The position numbers and the translations under genes were made by a program. Below, piece after piece: positions 1 to 7,903 of a DNA stretch of 32,000 nucleotides (within the stretch, counting starts at the first letter, position 1; every line of letters starts with the position of its first letter). The stretch covers positions 30,001 to 62,000 of the forward strand of contig JAPZAR010000006.1 in assembly GCA_027460535.1 (NCBI GenBank), given 5' to 3'. Below the pieces are notes generated by a model. It was not told the origin of the DNA. It was given only the letters and a program-made list of their open reading frames with translations, and ran no database searches. The DNA is from Candidatus Methanoperedens sp. GTDB lineage: Archaea > Halobacteriota > Methanosarcinia > Methanosarcinales > Methanoperedenaceae.

Positions 1-135
1 ATAGGGACATATTTTAACATAAGGGTGCTTAATGGTGCAATGCCTTCGGAGCCGGGTTTAGTAATATTTATATACGCTGCTATTGTCCTGATTTTCATTG
101 AACTGGGTAATCTTATAGACGGGCCTGCGTCATGA
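1..135 (+). CDS. C-terminal fragment of an unidentified, probably membrane, protein (truncated by the window edge)
   Basis: Frame 1 is open from the window edge to TGA at 133-135. The translated tail ...EPGLVIFIYAAIVLIFIELGNLIDGPAS contains one hydrophobic helix. No family recognised. Confidence 0.2.
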   Translation: MGTYFNIRVLNGAMPSEPGLVIFIYAAIVLIFIELGNLIDGPAS

Positions 136-146
136 ATTTCATATTT

Positions 147-881
147 TCATGATTTCGGGACTTTATTAATTAGTAAACCGAAAGCAAAAAACACCACGAT
201 TAAACCCAGTATCCCGGCCTCAGGCCCATAATTGCCTCCAGTGAGTATGCTGGGCTCTATGTATCTTGATTTTATTAATCCAATATGTATATCTGAAAGG
301 GTAAAGATATTATATTGCAGGAAGTTCCATGCGAAATGAAACCCTACTGCAGACATGAGTCCATATTTTAAATAGATTATCGCAGCGATAGCTCCGAGTA
401 ACCCAATAACGGAAAATGCCACGATTCCCCTTGACGTATCCAGGCCATAGTAAATTATGGAAGGTATGTGAATGGTGGAAAACATTAAAGAAGAAAGGAA
501 AATACCTGCCCGGGTCCCGGTTTCGGAGATAATGTTCGGAAGCATATAACCTCTAAAGGAGATTTCTTCCCCCAGGGCAACGATTATCTGGAGAATAAAA
601 TACGAAGAAAGTAGATAAAGATTTAGATCAAATCCTTCAATTTTGACCCAATCAGCAAGAATTTCGATTCCAAACACTATTCCAATCAAGGAGGTCCCTA
701 TTAATAATCCGGAAGCAACATTTCCTCTCCATGAGATATTGCTATTTAAATAAATAACAGCTAAAATAATTATTACATATATGATATATATGGAAACGGG
801 ATTAGATACTGCAACCAGGTTAAAAACCAACAATCCCATTATAAGGCAATACATTGAAAGGCTTTTTATTAAAGGTCTCAT
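147..881 (-). CDS. CPBP (CAAX protease / Abi) family intramembrane glutamic metalloprotease
   Basis: 244 aa and polytopic. All three CPBP motifs are present: EEISFRG (EExxxR), FSTIH (FxxxH) and HFAWN (HxxxN). Its start overlaps the upstream gene's stop by 4 nt (ATGA at 878-881). Confidence 0.85.
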   Translation of the reverse strand: MRPLIKSLSMYCLIMGLLVFNLVAVSNPVSIYIIYVIIILAVIYLNSNISWRGNVASGLLIGTSLIGIVFGIEILADWVKIEGFDLNLYLLSSYFILQIIVALGEEISFRGYMLPNIISETGTRAGIFLSSLMFSTIHIPSIIYYGLDTSRGIVAFSVIGLLGAIAAIIYLKYGLMSAVGFHFAWNFLQYNIFTLSDIHIGLIKSRYIEPSILTGGNYGPEAGILGLIVVFFAFGLLINKVPKS

Positions 882-2119
882 ACCACTTCTTGTGACGTAT
901 CCAGCGTGATGCGATCCTTTATATTGACTTTCATCCTTTTCGTTGGAGGTATCATTCCCCGTATTTTCGATATGATCAGTAGATTTGTTATATCGTCTCC
1001 GTTAATTGTTACATCCAGGTCGAATACAACATCACATTTATTTGCGATCATGTTCTCAATTTCTTTCCCATGGGTATTATTGAAAATATACAGGTAGCAT
1101 ATACTGTTAGTGCTTGATGTGATCTCATAGATCTTATTCAGGAGACGCCATGTTCTATCACGGTCGTTTATGAGATCTATGTAAAATGAGAAATTATCTA
1201 TTATAATCCTATTGTCCTCGCTGGCCTGGATTTGCTTTAGCGAGTGTTCGGTGAAAAGGGATATTTCATCATCCTTTCTCATCGATGCGGGATTAAAATA
1301 CCTGTTCATATTATCCTGGATATCCTTGTCGCTGCTCGGTCCCACTATGAACGTACAGTTTGCATTCCCGGCAGCATGACACTGGATTTCATAAGCGCTC
1401 ATCTCTGAATTAAGGAGTGACGTGAGGAGACCGGCAAACAGCCCGGCGTGATAGTAGCATATACTTTCTTTAAACCCGGAAAGCTCATTGCATTCAGGGC
1501 AATTGTTAAATTCTATTGTGAACTTCTTGTTCTTCGGGTCGATCTCTGAGAACCGAAAGCTGCTCTGCTCATTTGTTTTCATCAATTTGGTAAATACCTT
1601 GTTTGATAGATCTCCAAGGATTTCTGCTGCTTTTTCTTTTGTCCAGAACTCGAACTTCCAGAGCGTATCTTTTGGCAGTTTGACGCTCTCGGTGAAGATA
1701 TTTGCGTCTTTCTTTGCGCTATTATAAGATAATTCGTATAGATTTTTTTTGACAGTGGGTGGCAGGTTCTCTTTTTGTTCGTAGTTAAATTTACTGTATA
1801 TGTCAACAAAGGAAATGTTCTTCGTATCAAAACCCAATTTTTTTGATCCCTGGATTATGTGCTCTGGCTTTCGCTCCGTTGTAAAATACAGGACTTTCCC
1901 GACCGATGCCAGCTGATGTATCAAGACCTCGGCCATGGATTTCGGATTTATAAGGCAGCAAACCATTGAACCGGCTGGGATGCCTCCTCCCAGTACATTG
2001 TCTAAAAGCGTTACTCCCGATGATTTTATGCCGTCTTTGGGTTCAACTTTCATTTTTTGTATTAATTCTTCAATGGTGTATATATTAAGTAGTGGTTTTG
2101 ATTCCAATTCCTGATTCAA
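878..2119 (-). CDS. KaiC/RAD55-like RecA-superfamily protein with degenerate Walker A and an inserted V4R domain
   Basis: 413 aa. The N-terminal LLDNVLGGGIPAGSMVCCLINPKSMAEVL aligns by eye to the KaiC-like LDxxLGGGxPxGxxxLxxGxxGxGKT, but the GKT is absent. The central NNCPECNELSGFKESICYYHAGLFAGLL...EIQCHAAGNANCTFIVG matches the V4R Cys/Gly pattern. The C-terminal RIIIDNFS (Walker B-like) and LLIISKIRGM complete the RecA fold. Confidence 0.7.
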   Translation of the reverse strand: MNQELESKPLLNIYTIEELIQKMKVEPKDGIKSSGVTLLDNVLGGGIPAGSMVCCLINPKSMAEVLIHQLASVGKVLYFTTERKPEHIIQGSKKLGFDTKNISFVDIYSKFNYEQKENLPPTVKKNLYELSYNSAKKDANIFTESVKLPKDTLWKFEFWTKEKAAEILGDLSNKVFTKLMKTNEQSSFRFSEIDPKNKKFTIEFNNCPECNELSGFKESICYYHAGLFAGLLTSLLNSEMSAYEIQCHAAGNANCTFIVGPSSDKDIQDNMNRYFNPASMRKDDEISLFTEHSLKQIQASEDNRIIIDNFSFYIDLINDRDRTWRLLNKIYEITSSTNSICYLYIFNNTHGKEIENMIANKCDVVFDLDVTINGDDITNLLIISKIRGMIPPTKRMKVNIKDRITLDTSQEVV

Positions 2120-2138
2120 AATGCAATGAATGAAGATC

Positions 2139-2738
2139 TTATTTATTGAGATATATTAAGTCATTTAATTCTTTACGCAGGCAATCGATAGCCACAAGAA
2201 TTCCTACGAATCCTAGTAACCATTCCGGGTATTTTATACTCAGAATCGGCTCACCGGCCGAAAAATATACATAACCATTGATATTCGCGTATATCCATGT
2301 GAAAAGGATCACAGTCATATAACTTATTATAGCCATAAGCCCGAGTATTCGAATATTTTTGGTTATCTTTGCAAAATCATTGAAAATAGCATTTCCGTTT
2401 GCGCAGGCATTGTTGTTAGTGTTAGTAAAAAAAACCTCATTTGAAGGCTGCACATAATTGGACGGCACCATGACCTTTGCAGCACCAGACCGGGTTTTGG
2501 CCCGGTATGATACCGCTAATGCGGAATATCCAGTAGAAAGGATGCCAATATCCCAAGATGAGACAGGGATAACGCTTGCCGTCTGCCAGGCGTTATATCT
2601 TGAACTATCTGTCTTCAGAAACCGTGCATTGTTTATGAATATTGTATTGCTTGTCTCTGTATCTTCGCTGCCTCTATCTCTCCTGCCGATACCATCACCT
2701 TGGATTTCTTCCCTTCTGCTCTTACTAAAATGAGACAC
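2139..2738 (-). CDS. Hypothetical membrane protein (S/T/N-rich N-terminal region, two C-terminal TM helices)
   Basis: 199-aa ORF with a GTG start, ending 19 nt before the next minus-strand gene. Hydrophobic helices are ILGLMAIISYMTVILFTWIY and WLLGFVGILVAIDCL. A TATA-like TATATATATTTT lies about 20-35 nt upstream. No family recognised and the start is uncertain. Confidence 0.45.
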   Translation of the reverse strand: MSHFSKSRREEIQGDGIGRRDRGSEDTETSNTIFINNARFLKTDSSRYNAWQTASVIPVSSWDIGILSTGYSALAVSYRAKTRSGAAKVMVPSNYVQPSNEVFFTNTNNNACANGNAIFNDFAKITKNIRILGLMAIISYMTVILFTWIYANINGYVYFSAGEPILSIKYPEWLLGFVGILVAIDCLRKELNDLIYLNK

Positions 2739-2777
2739 TTCAGTAGTCTTGTCTTTTAAAATATATATAGCTTACTC

Positions 2778-2794
2778 ATTATCATTATGATAAT
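2778..2794. promoter_or_regulatory. Perfect 17-bp palindrome ATTATCAT-T-ATGATAAT in a divergent promoter spacer
   Basis: Read directly. It lies between the minus-strand module (start 2738) and the plus-strand ACT/UPF0210 pair (start 2964), next to the TATATATA tract at about 2752-2770. Confidence 0.35.
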
Positions 2795-2963
2795 TATGAA
2801 AAAATTCTATCAAGAAAACAGTGCCTATAGAAATATTCGAGAAAATAGAATTTATATAAGAATACATCAATTCAATATTCCAGGGGCATATCCTTTGGGA
2901 AATTCATCGAATGAACTATTATAGCAAGATTTAAACTCTCATCGTGATATAAAATGAAACCAA

Positions 2964-3242
2964 ATGACAAAAAATCTTGTATTCATAACTGTAATTGGCA
3001 AAGACCAGAAAGGAATAATCGCCCGTATTTCAAACGCTGTTTTCAGGCATAATATCAATATCGAGGATTTGAACCAGAAAATAATGGGGGGTTACTTTGT
3101 GATGACAATGCTTGCCGATATGTCGGATTCCAGTATTACGATCGGAGAATTGAAAAAAGAACTTGCGGTGATAGAGACTCAAATGGACCTTTCTATCCAG
3201 GTCCAGCACGAGAATATCTTCAAAGCAATGCACCGGGTGTAA
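2964..3242 (+). CDS. ACT domain protein (UPF0237-type)
   Basis: 92 aa. VFITVIGKDQKGIIARISNAVFRHNINIEDL is a typical ACT beta-alpha-beta start. A 3-nt gap separates it from the UPF0210 gene, which is its usual partner. Confidence 0.8.
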   Translation: MTKNLVFITVIGKDQKGIIARISNAVFRHNINIEDLNQKIMGGYFVMTMLADMSDSSITIGELKKELAVIETQMDLSIQVQHENIFKAMHRV

Positions 3243-3245
3243 GGT

Positions 3246-4601
3246 ATGGAGTATTCACTCGATGAGGTCATGGAAACAGTCCGCATGACCCTTTACCATA
3301 ATTTTGATATCAGGACTGTTACGCTTGGCATAAACCTGAAAGATTGTATTCATTCGGACCTTGAGATCTTTAAATCAAATGTTCATGATAAGGTCACAGA
3401 TTACGGGGAAAATCTCGTAAGCGAAGCCGAGAAACTCGAGGATAAATATGGCATTCCGATTATCAATAAGAGGATCTCTGTGACCCCCGTTTCCCTGATA
3501 GTAGAGGCATGTGCTGGCGATTCATCGATTGAAATCGCAAAGACGCTGGACAGGGCGGCTAAAGACGCCGGTATAGACTTCATTGGGGGATACGGGGCGC
3601 TAGTTCAGAAAGGGATGACACGGGCTGACGTACGGCTTATGGATTCGCTTCCCGAGGTGCTCTCGACCACGGAACGGGTGTGTGCTTTTCTAAATGTTGC
3701 CTCTACGGTTGCTGGAATGAACATGGATGCTGTGATACGGATCGGAACCATTCTGAAGGATATTGCAGACAGGACAGAAAACGGCATCGGATGCACGAAA
3801 TTTGCAGTTTTTTCAAATGCTCCCGAGGATAATCCCTTCATGGCAGGAGCTTTTCACGGGGTTGGGGAACCGGATTTCTCATTGAACATCGGTATTAGCG
3901 GACCTGGTGTGGTGAGGAGCGTTGTTGAAAAGAACAAAGAATGTGATCTTACGGAGCTTTCTGAGGCTATCAAACGTACGGCTTTCAAGATAACGAGGGC
4001 AGGTGAATTGATAGGCAGGGAACTTGCCTCAAATATGGACGTGCCTTTTGGGATAGTGGATATTTCGCTCGCCTCAACCACGAAAGTGGGGGATTCGGTG
4101 GCGGGGATTGTGGAACTTATGGGTATAGAGAAGATGGGAGCACCGGGCAGCACAGCGGCCCTGGCTCTTCTCATCGATGCGGTAAAGAAGGGAGGTGCCA
4201 TGGCTTCCGGGAATGTGGGCGGCCTTAGCGGCACTTTTATCCCGGTGAGCGAGGATTCAGGCATGAATGCCGCGGTAAAATCGGGCGCACTTTCCATCGA
4301 AAAGCTTGAAGCTCTTACGGCCGTATGTTCTGTGGGTCTGGATATGATCGCGATCCCGGGGGATACCTCCGCGGAGACGATATCGGCTATTATCGCGGAC
4401 GAACTGTCTATAGGGATTGTGAATGGGAAAACCACAGGCGTAAGACTGATCCCTGTCCCCGGCAAGAAAGCGGGGGATTATGTGAATTGGGGAGGGTTGC
4501 TCGGCGAGACGTATGTTATGGACATAAGCAAATTCAGCTCCCGGGATTTTATACTGCGCGGGGGGAGGATGCCGAGTCCGATAACAAGCATGAGAAATTA
4601 A
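3246..4601 (+). CDS. UPF0210 / DUF711 (PFL-like) family protein
   Basis: 451 aa. The N-terminal VMETVRMTLYHNFDIRTVTLGINL and overall length match the UPF0210 family. It is immediately downstream of the ACT gene. Confidence 0.85.
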   Translation: MEYSLDEVMETVRMTLYHNFDIRTVTLGINLKDCIHSDLEIFKSNVHDKVTDYGENLVSEAEKLEDKYGIPIINKRISVTPVSLIVEACAGDSSIEIAKTLDRAAKDAGIDFIGGYGALVQKGMTRADVRLMDSLPEVLSTTERVCAFLNVASTVAGMNMDAVIRIGTILKDIADRTENGIGCTKFAVFSNAPEDNPFMAGAFHGVGEPDFSLNIGISGPGVVRSVVEKNKECDLTELSEAIKRTAFKITRAGELIGRELASNMDVPFGIVDISLASTTKVGDSVAGIVELMGIEKMGAPGSTAALALLIDAVKKGGAMASGNVGGLSGTFIPVSEDSGMNAAVKSGALSIEKLEALTAVCSVGLDMIAIPGDTSAETISAIIADELSIGIVNGKTTGVRLIPVPGKKAGDYVNWGGLLGETYVMDISKFSSRDFILRGGRMPSPITSMRN

Positions 4602-4651
4602 GTTTGTTCTCCCAGTAATATTATTAGGTCATCAATACAATAATAGTAAGG

Positions 4652-5650
4652 ATGTTTAAATTTCGAATAAGTAAATCCATCATAGTATATGTTTCCATTT
4701 TTGCATTTCTTGTGCTATTCTATAGCCTTGCTTTCCTGTATCTTATGCATACATACGAGAACAAGGATTGGGGATTTGCAACCGCCATTTATTGGATAAT
4801 TGGTACCATGACGACAACGGGTTTTGGTGAGATTTATTTTACTACTGTTATCGGGCATCTCTTTACAATAATTGTCATTATTTCAGGCGTGATCATGATC
4901 TTTGCCCTTCTTTTCCCTCTGGTAGTAACCCCAGGGCTTGAAAGGATGTTCAGGAAAGAGTTACCTTCGAAAGTCCCGATTGATCTGAAAGACCACATAA
5001 TAATATGCTGCTATAATCAGCTCGTTGAAACTCTTATTTCAGAACTTGAGGAGTATAAGATCCCCTTTGCGGTCATCGATGAAAATGAAAGAAACATCGT
5101 TCAATTAATTTCCAGAAAGATACTATGCGTTCATGGGGATGCAGCAGACGAGGATGTGTTATTGAATTCCAATATCTTTTCTGCAAGGATGCTGATAGCC
5201 AATCAGAACGATGAAAAAAATGCCAGCATAATTTTGACGGCCAAGGGGTTGTGCAATATCAAAGTAATATCTCTTGTTGAGAACAGGGCACGGGCAGGAT
5301 ATCTGAAATATGCGGGAGCCGACCGGGTGATATCCCCAAAAAATCTATTTGGCATATACATAGGAAGAAAAGCTATCGACCCCCTTACCGATCATCTTTC
5401 CGGGGCTACCCGGTTTTTTGAAGACCTGAGCATTGTTGAACTTCCTATCTATCCCCGAAGCATTCTCATCGGGAAAAAATTGAAAGATGCACAGATACGT
5501 GCCCGGACGGGAGCAAATGTCGTCGGGATCTGGACCGGCGGCATATTATCATTGAATCCCCAGCCGGAAGATATGATCAAAGAGAATTCCATACTGCTCG
5601 CTGTGGGTGCCGAGAAACAGCTTGAAGTATTGAAAAAGATGACAAGGTGA
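4652..5650 (+). CDS. 2-TM potassium channel with C-terminal RCK (TrkA-N/TrkA-C) domain, MthK-like
   Basis: 332 aa. Pore helix plus filter reads AIYWIIGTMTTTGFGE. Two TM helices flank it. The RCK region begins HIIICCYNQLVE (GxGxxG degenerate, as in MthK). The C-terminal region is TrkA-C-like. Confidence 0.85.
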   Translation: MFKFRISKSIIVYVSIFAFLVLFYSLAFLYLMHTYENKDWGFATAIYWIIGTMTTTGFGEIYFTTVIGHLFTIIVIISGVIMIFALLFPLVVTPGLERMFRKELPSKVPIDLKDHIIICCYNQLVETLISELEEYKIPFAVIDENERNIVQLISRKILCVHGDAADEDVLLNSNIFSARMLIANQNDEKNASIILTAKGLCNIKVISLVENRARAGYLKYAGADRVISPKNLFGIYIGRKAIDPLTDHLSGATRFFEDLSIVELPIYPRSILIGKKLKDAQIRARTGANVVGIWTGGILSLNPQPEDMIKENSILLAVGAEKQLEVLKKMTR

Positions 5651-5654
5651 TACA

Positions 5655-6317
5655 TTGGACAAACATTTTATTCTCATCGGGTACGGCGACGTGGGAATGA
5701 GCATTGCCAAGGTTCTGGAAAATGCCCATGTGAGTTTTGTGGTCGTGGATAAGAATGAAGCTAAATTCAAGGATAAAGGATTTAGATACGTTGTCGGAGA
5801 CGCGATCGATGAGGATGTTCTCAAGAGAGCTGACCTGAAAAGGGCAACGTCAGTTATAATAGTCCTGAATGACGACACGGATATCATTTTCACAACGCTC
5901 ATTGCCAGAACCCTGAATCCTCATTGCATCATCATCGCCAGGGCTAATTCCACAAAGTCCATTGACAAGATTTACAGGGCAGGGGCAGATTATGTAGCAT
6001 CCCTCTCTATCGTAGCCGCGCAGATGCTAGCGCGCATTATCCTCGGGCATGAGATCGAGGAGACAATAATGATGTTCGAAGGGCTGGAAATAGAACGATA
6101 TCATGTGACGAGAGATTCCCCGTTGGCAGGGGCACGGATCCAGGATGCATGTATCCGCTCGAGGATAGGTTGCACAATAATAGGCATCGAAGAGAACGAG
6201 AAGACCACGACCGACATAGACCCTTCGATAGTCATTAAGGAAGGAATGACGCTGGCGATTATCGGGAACAATTCACAGATCGAAAAATTCAAGGAAGAGT
6301 ACGTTAAGGGTTCATAA
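5655..6317 (+). CDS. Soluble RCK / TrkA-family regulatory protein (TrkA-N + TrkA-C)
   Basis: 220 aa. It has an intact Rossmann motif ILIGYGDVGMSIA at residues 6-18, so the start must be the TTG at 5655, 4 nt after the channel's stop. Confidence 0.85.
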   Translation: MDKHFILIGYGDVGMSIAKVLENAHVSFVVVDKNEAKFKDKGFRYVVGDAIDEDVLKRADLKRATSVIIVLNDDTDIIFTTLIARTLNPHCIIIARANSTKSIDKIYRAGADYVASLSIVAAQMLARIILGHEIEETIMMFEGLEIERYHVTRDSPLAGARIQDACIRSRIGCTIIGIEENEKTTTDIDPSIVIKEGMTLAIIGNNSQIEKFKEEYVKGS

Positions 6318-6382
6318 ATTCAGGTTTGAGCCTTATCATCAGGGATCGCGAATATTCCTGATCTTCACAATCCTGTTTTATA

Positions 6383-6571
6383 TTAGATATTTTTTTGTAT
6401 TTCGATCAATAGATGTCGGATCATGTTATCTAGGTTGGACATTACGTCATGGATATATCCGGGAAGCCCAAAGATGTAAGGCTGCGCACGATCCCACCAA
6501 AGAGGAATCGTGAGACTTGCAAGAACGATCGCAAACCCGATAAAAACAAAAAGCACCTCTAGCTTTTTCAT
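6383..6571 (-). CDS. Small hypothetical membrane protein (62 aa)
   Basis: Single TM helix VLFVFIGFAIVLASLTIPLWW. A TTTATATA box ends about 26 nt upstream of the ATG with no SD, consistent with a leaderless mRNA. No family recognised. Confidence 0.4.
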   Translation of the reverse strand: MKKLEVLFVFIGFAIVLASLTIPLWWDRAQPYIFGLPGYIHDVMSNLDNMIRHLLIEIQKNI

Positions 6572-6741
6572 TGGTTTTAATATTTAAACCCATTTGTATA
6601 TAAACATTGCTCAAAAAATCTTTTCTCAAGCCTCTATTTAAAGCCGGCAGCATGCCCCGTAAAGAATATTTCTTTCCAAAAGCTTTATCAATAGAAGGGT
6701 ACGTTAAGGATAATCCCGTTCAAGATTATTCGGTGGATTTT

Positions 6742-6894
6742 ATGACCCAAAAGACAAAAGGTAAGAAGAAACGACTGGCAAAAGCACAGAACCAGAACCA
6801 GCGTGTCCCGGCATGGGTTATTGTGAAGACCAAACGGAACGTAATGACCCATCCAAAGAGACGCCATTGGAGACGCAGCACGCTGGATGTTTAA
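6742..6894 (+). CDS. rpl39e: 50S ribosomal protein L39e
   Basis: 50 aa, [50 protein letters not shown], typical L39e. GGTGG SD 5 nt upstream of the ATG at 6742. The longer ORF from 6607 is a non-coding extension. Confidence 0.9.
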   Translation: MTQKTKGKKKRLAKAQNQNQRVPAWVIVKTKRNVMTHPKRRHWRRSTLDV

Positions 6895-6905
6895 GGTGAT
6901 ATGAT

Positions 6906-7169
6906 ATGGCAGACATTGAAAGGATATATACAATCCCGCTTACGGATGCAAGGAAAGTTCCGCGCTGGAAGAGAGCAGAGAGCGCGGCCAGAAAGGTGAG
7001 GGCATATCTTGCAAAGCACCTTAAGACCGACCTGAAAGAAGTAAAGATCGATAAAACTATCAACGAGAAGCTCTGGGAGAGAGGCTCCATGAAACCGCCA
7101 TTAAAGATCCGCGTGAGAGCGGTCAAATTCGAGGCAGGCGGAGTTCAGGCAGAACTCGTCCAGGAATAA
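6906..7169 (+). CDS. rpl31e: 50S ribosomal protein L31e
   Basis: 87 aa. [31 protein letters not shown] matches L31e. It occupies the canonical position between L39e and aIF6. Confidence 0.9.
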   Translation: MADIERIYTIPLTDARKVPRWKRAESAARKVRAYLAKHLKTDLKEVKIDKTINEKLWERGSMKPPLKIRVRAVKFEAGGVQAELVQE

Positions 7170-7192
7170 CTTTTTTGTAATAAAGGGCAGAT

Positions 7193-7852
7193 TTGGAGCG
7201 CAGACTTAATATTTCAGGTACCCCTGTGCTGGGTGTGTTCGCGACCTGCACAGAGGAATTTGTTTTTATCCCAAAAGAGATCCCTCCTGAAACAGCAGAA
7301 GAACTGGAAAAATCCCTTGGTGTGAAGGCAATAAGCACTCTGGTGGGTGGGAGCGCTATCATAGGTTCGCTGATGCGCGGTAATTCAAATGGCGTGATAG
7401 CAGCGGGTTTCATTCTTGAAAGGGAAATACGGGCTATCAGGAAACATACGAAAGCTGCGCGTTTATCCGGGGAATTGAATGCTGCGGGAAACCTCATTCT
7501 TGCCAATGATACATCGGCGCTGGTGCATCCAGATATTTCTGATAAAGCTGTAGGGGTGATCAAAAGGACATTGGGCGTTGATGTCCAGAGGGGCACTATC
7601 GGGGGCCTGAAGACTGTTGGCATGGCAGGCATAGCCACGAACAAAGGGGTTCTTGTCCATCCAAAAGTCACCCCAGCCGAGATCGGTATGCTTGAGAAGC
7701 TTTTCGACCTCCCGGTTGACATAGGCACGGTCAACTTTGGCTCGCCACTTGTGGGTTCGGGTCTTCTTGCAAACAGCAAGGGCTATGTGGCCGGGGAGGA
7801 TACGACGGGTCCAGAGATCAGTCGAATAGAGGATACGCTGGGGTTTGAATAA
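7193..7852 (+). CDS. eif6: Translation initiation factor 6 (aIF6)
   Basis: 219 aa with a TTG start. It shows the pentein-repeat pattern [24 protein letters not shown] ... [11 protein letters not shown] ... [17 protein letters not shown] typical of eIF6. Confidence 0.9.
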   Translation: MERRLNISGTPVLGVFATCTEEFVFIPKEIPPETAEELEKSLGVKAISTLVGGSAIIGSLMRGNSNGVIAAGFILEREIRAIRKHTKAARLSGELNAAGNLILANDTSALVHPDISDKAVGVIKRTLGVDVQRGTIGGLKTVGMAGIATNKGVLVHPKVTPAEIGMLEKLFDLPVDIGTVNFGSPLVGSGLLANSKGYVAGEDTTGPEISRIEDTLGFE

Positions 7853-7903
7853 AGAATGCTTTATCGTTTGCAATAAGTAGATTTCAAGTGTGTTCAGGAA
7901 AGG

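Noticed and set aside
3854-4465. Long antisense or off-frame ORFs overlapping confident genes (for example 3854-4465, 7123-7779, 13028-13621, 13275-13799, 14445-14951, 11850-12299, 25265-25828, 30361-30861 on the minus strand; 20570-20965 and 21307-21672 on the plus strand)
   Set aside because: Each lies fully within a gene whose product has clear family motifs. Their translations are Ser/Pro/Arg/Ala-rich low-complexity strings typical of shadow ORFs in GC-richer coding DNA.
6607-6741. N-terminal 45-codon extension of the L39e ORF
   Set aside because: L39e is a protein of about 50 aa. The extension has no homology-like features, lacks an SD, and covers the AT-rich promoter region. The internal ATG at 6742 has a GGTGG SD.
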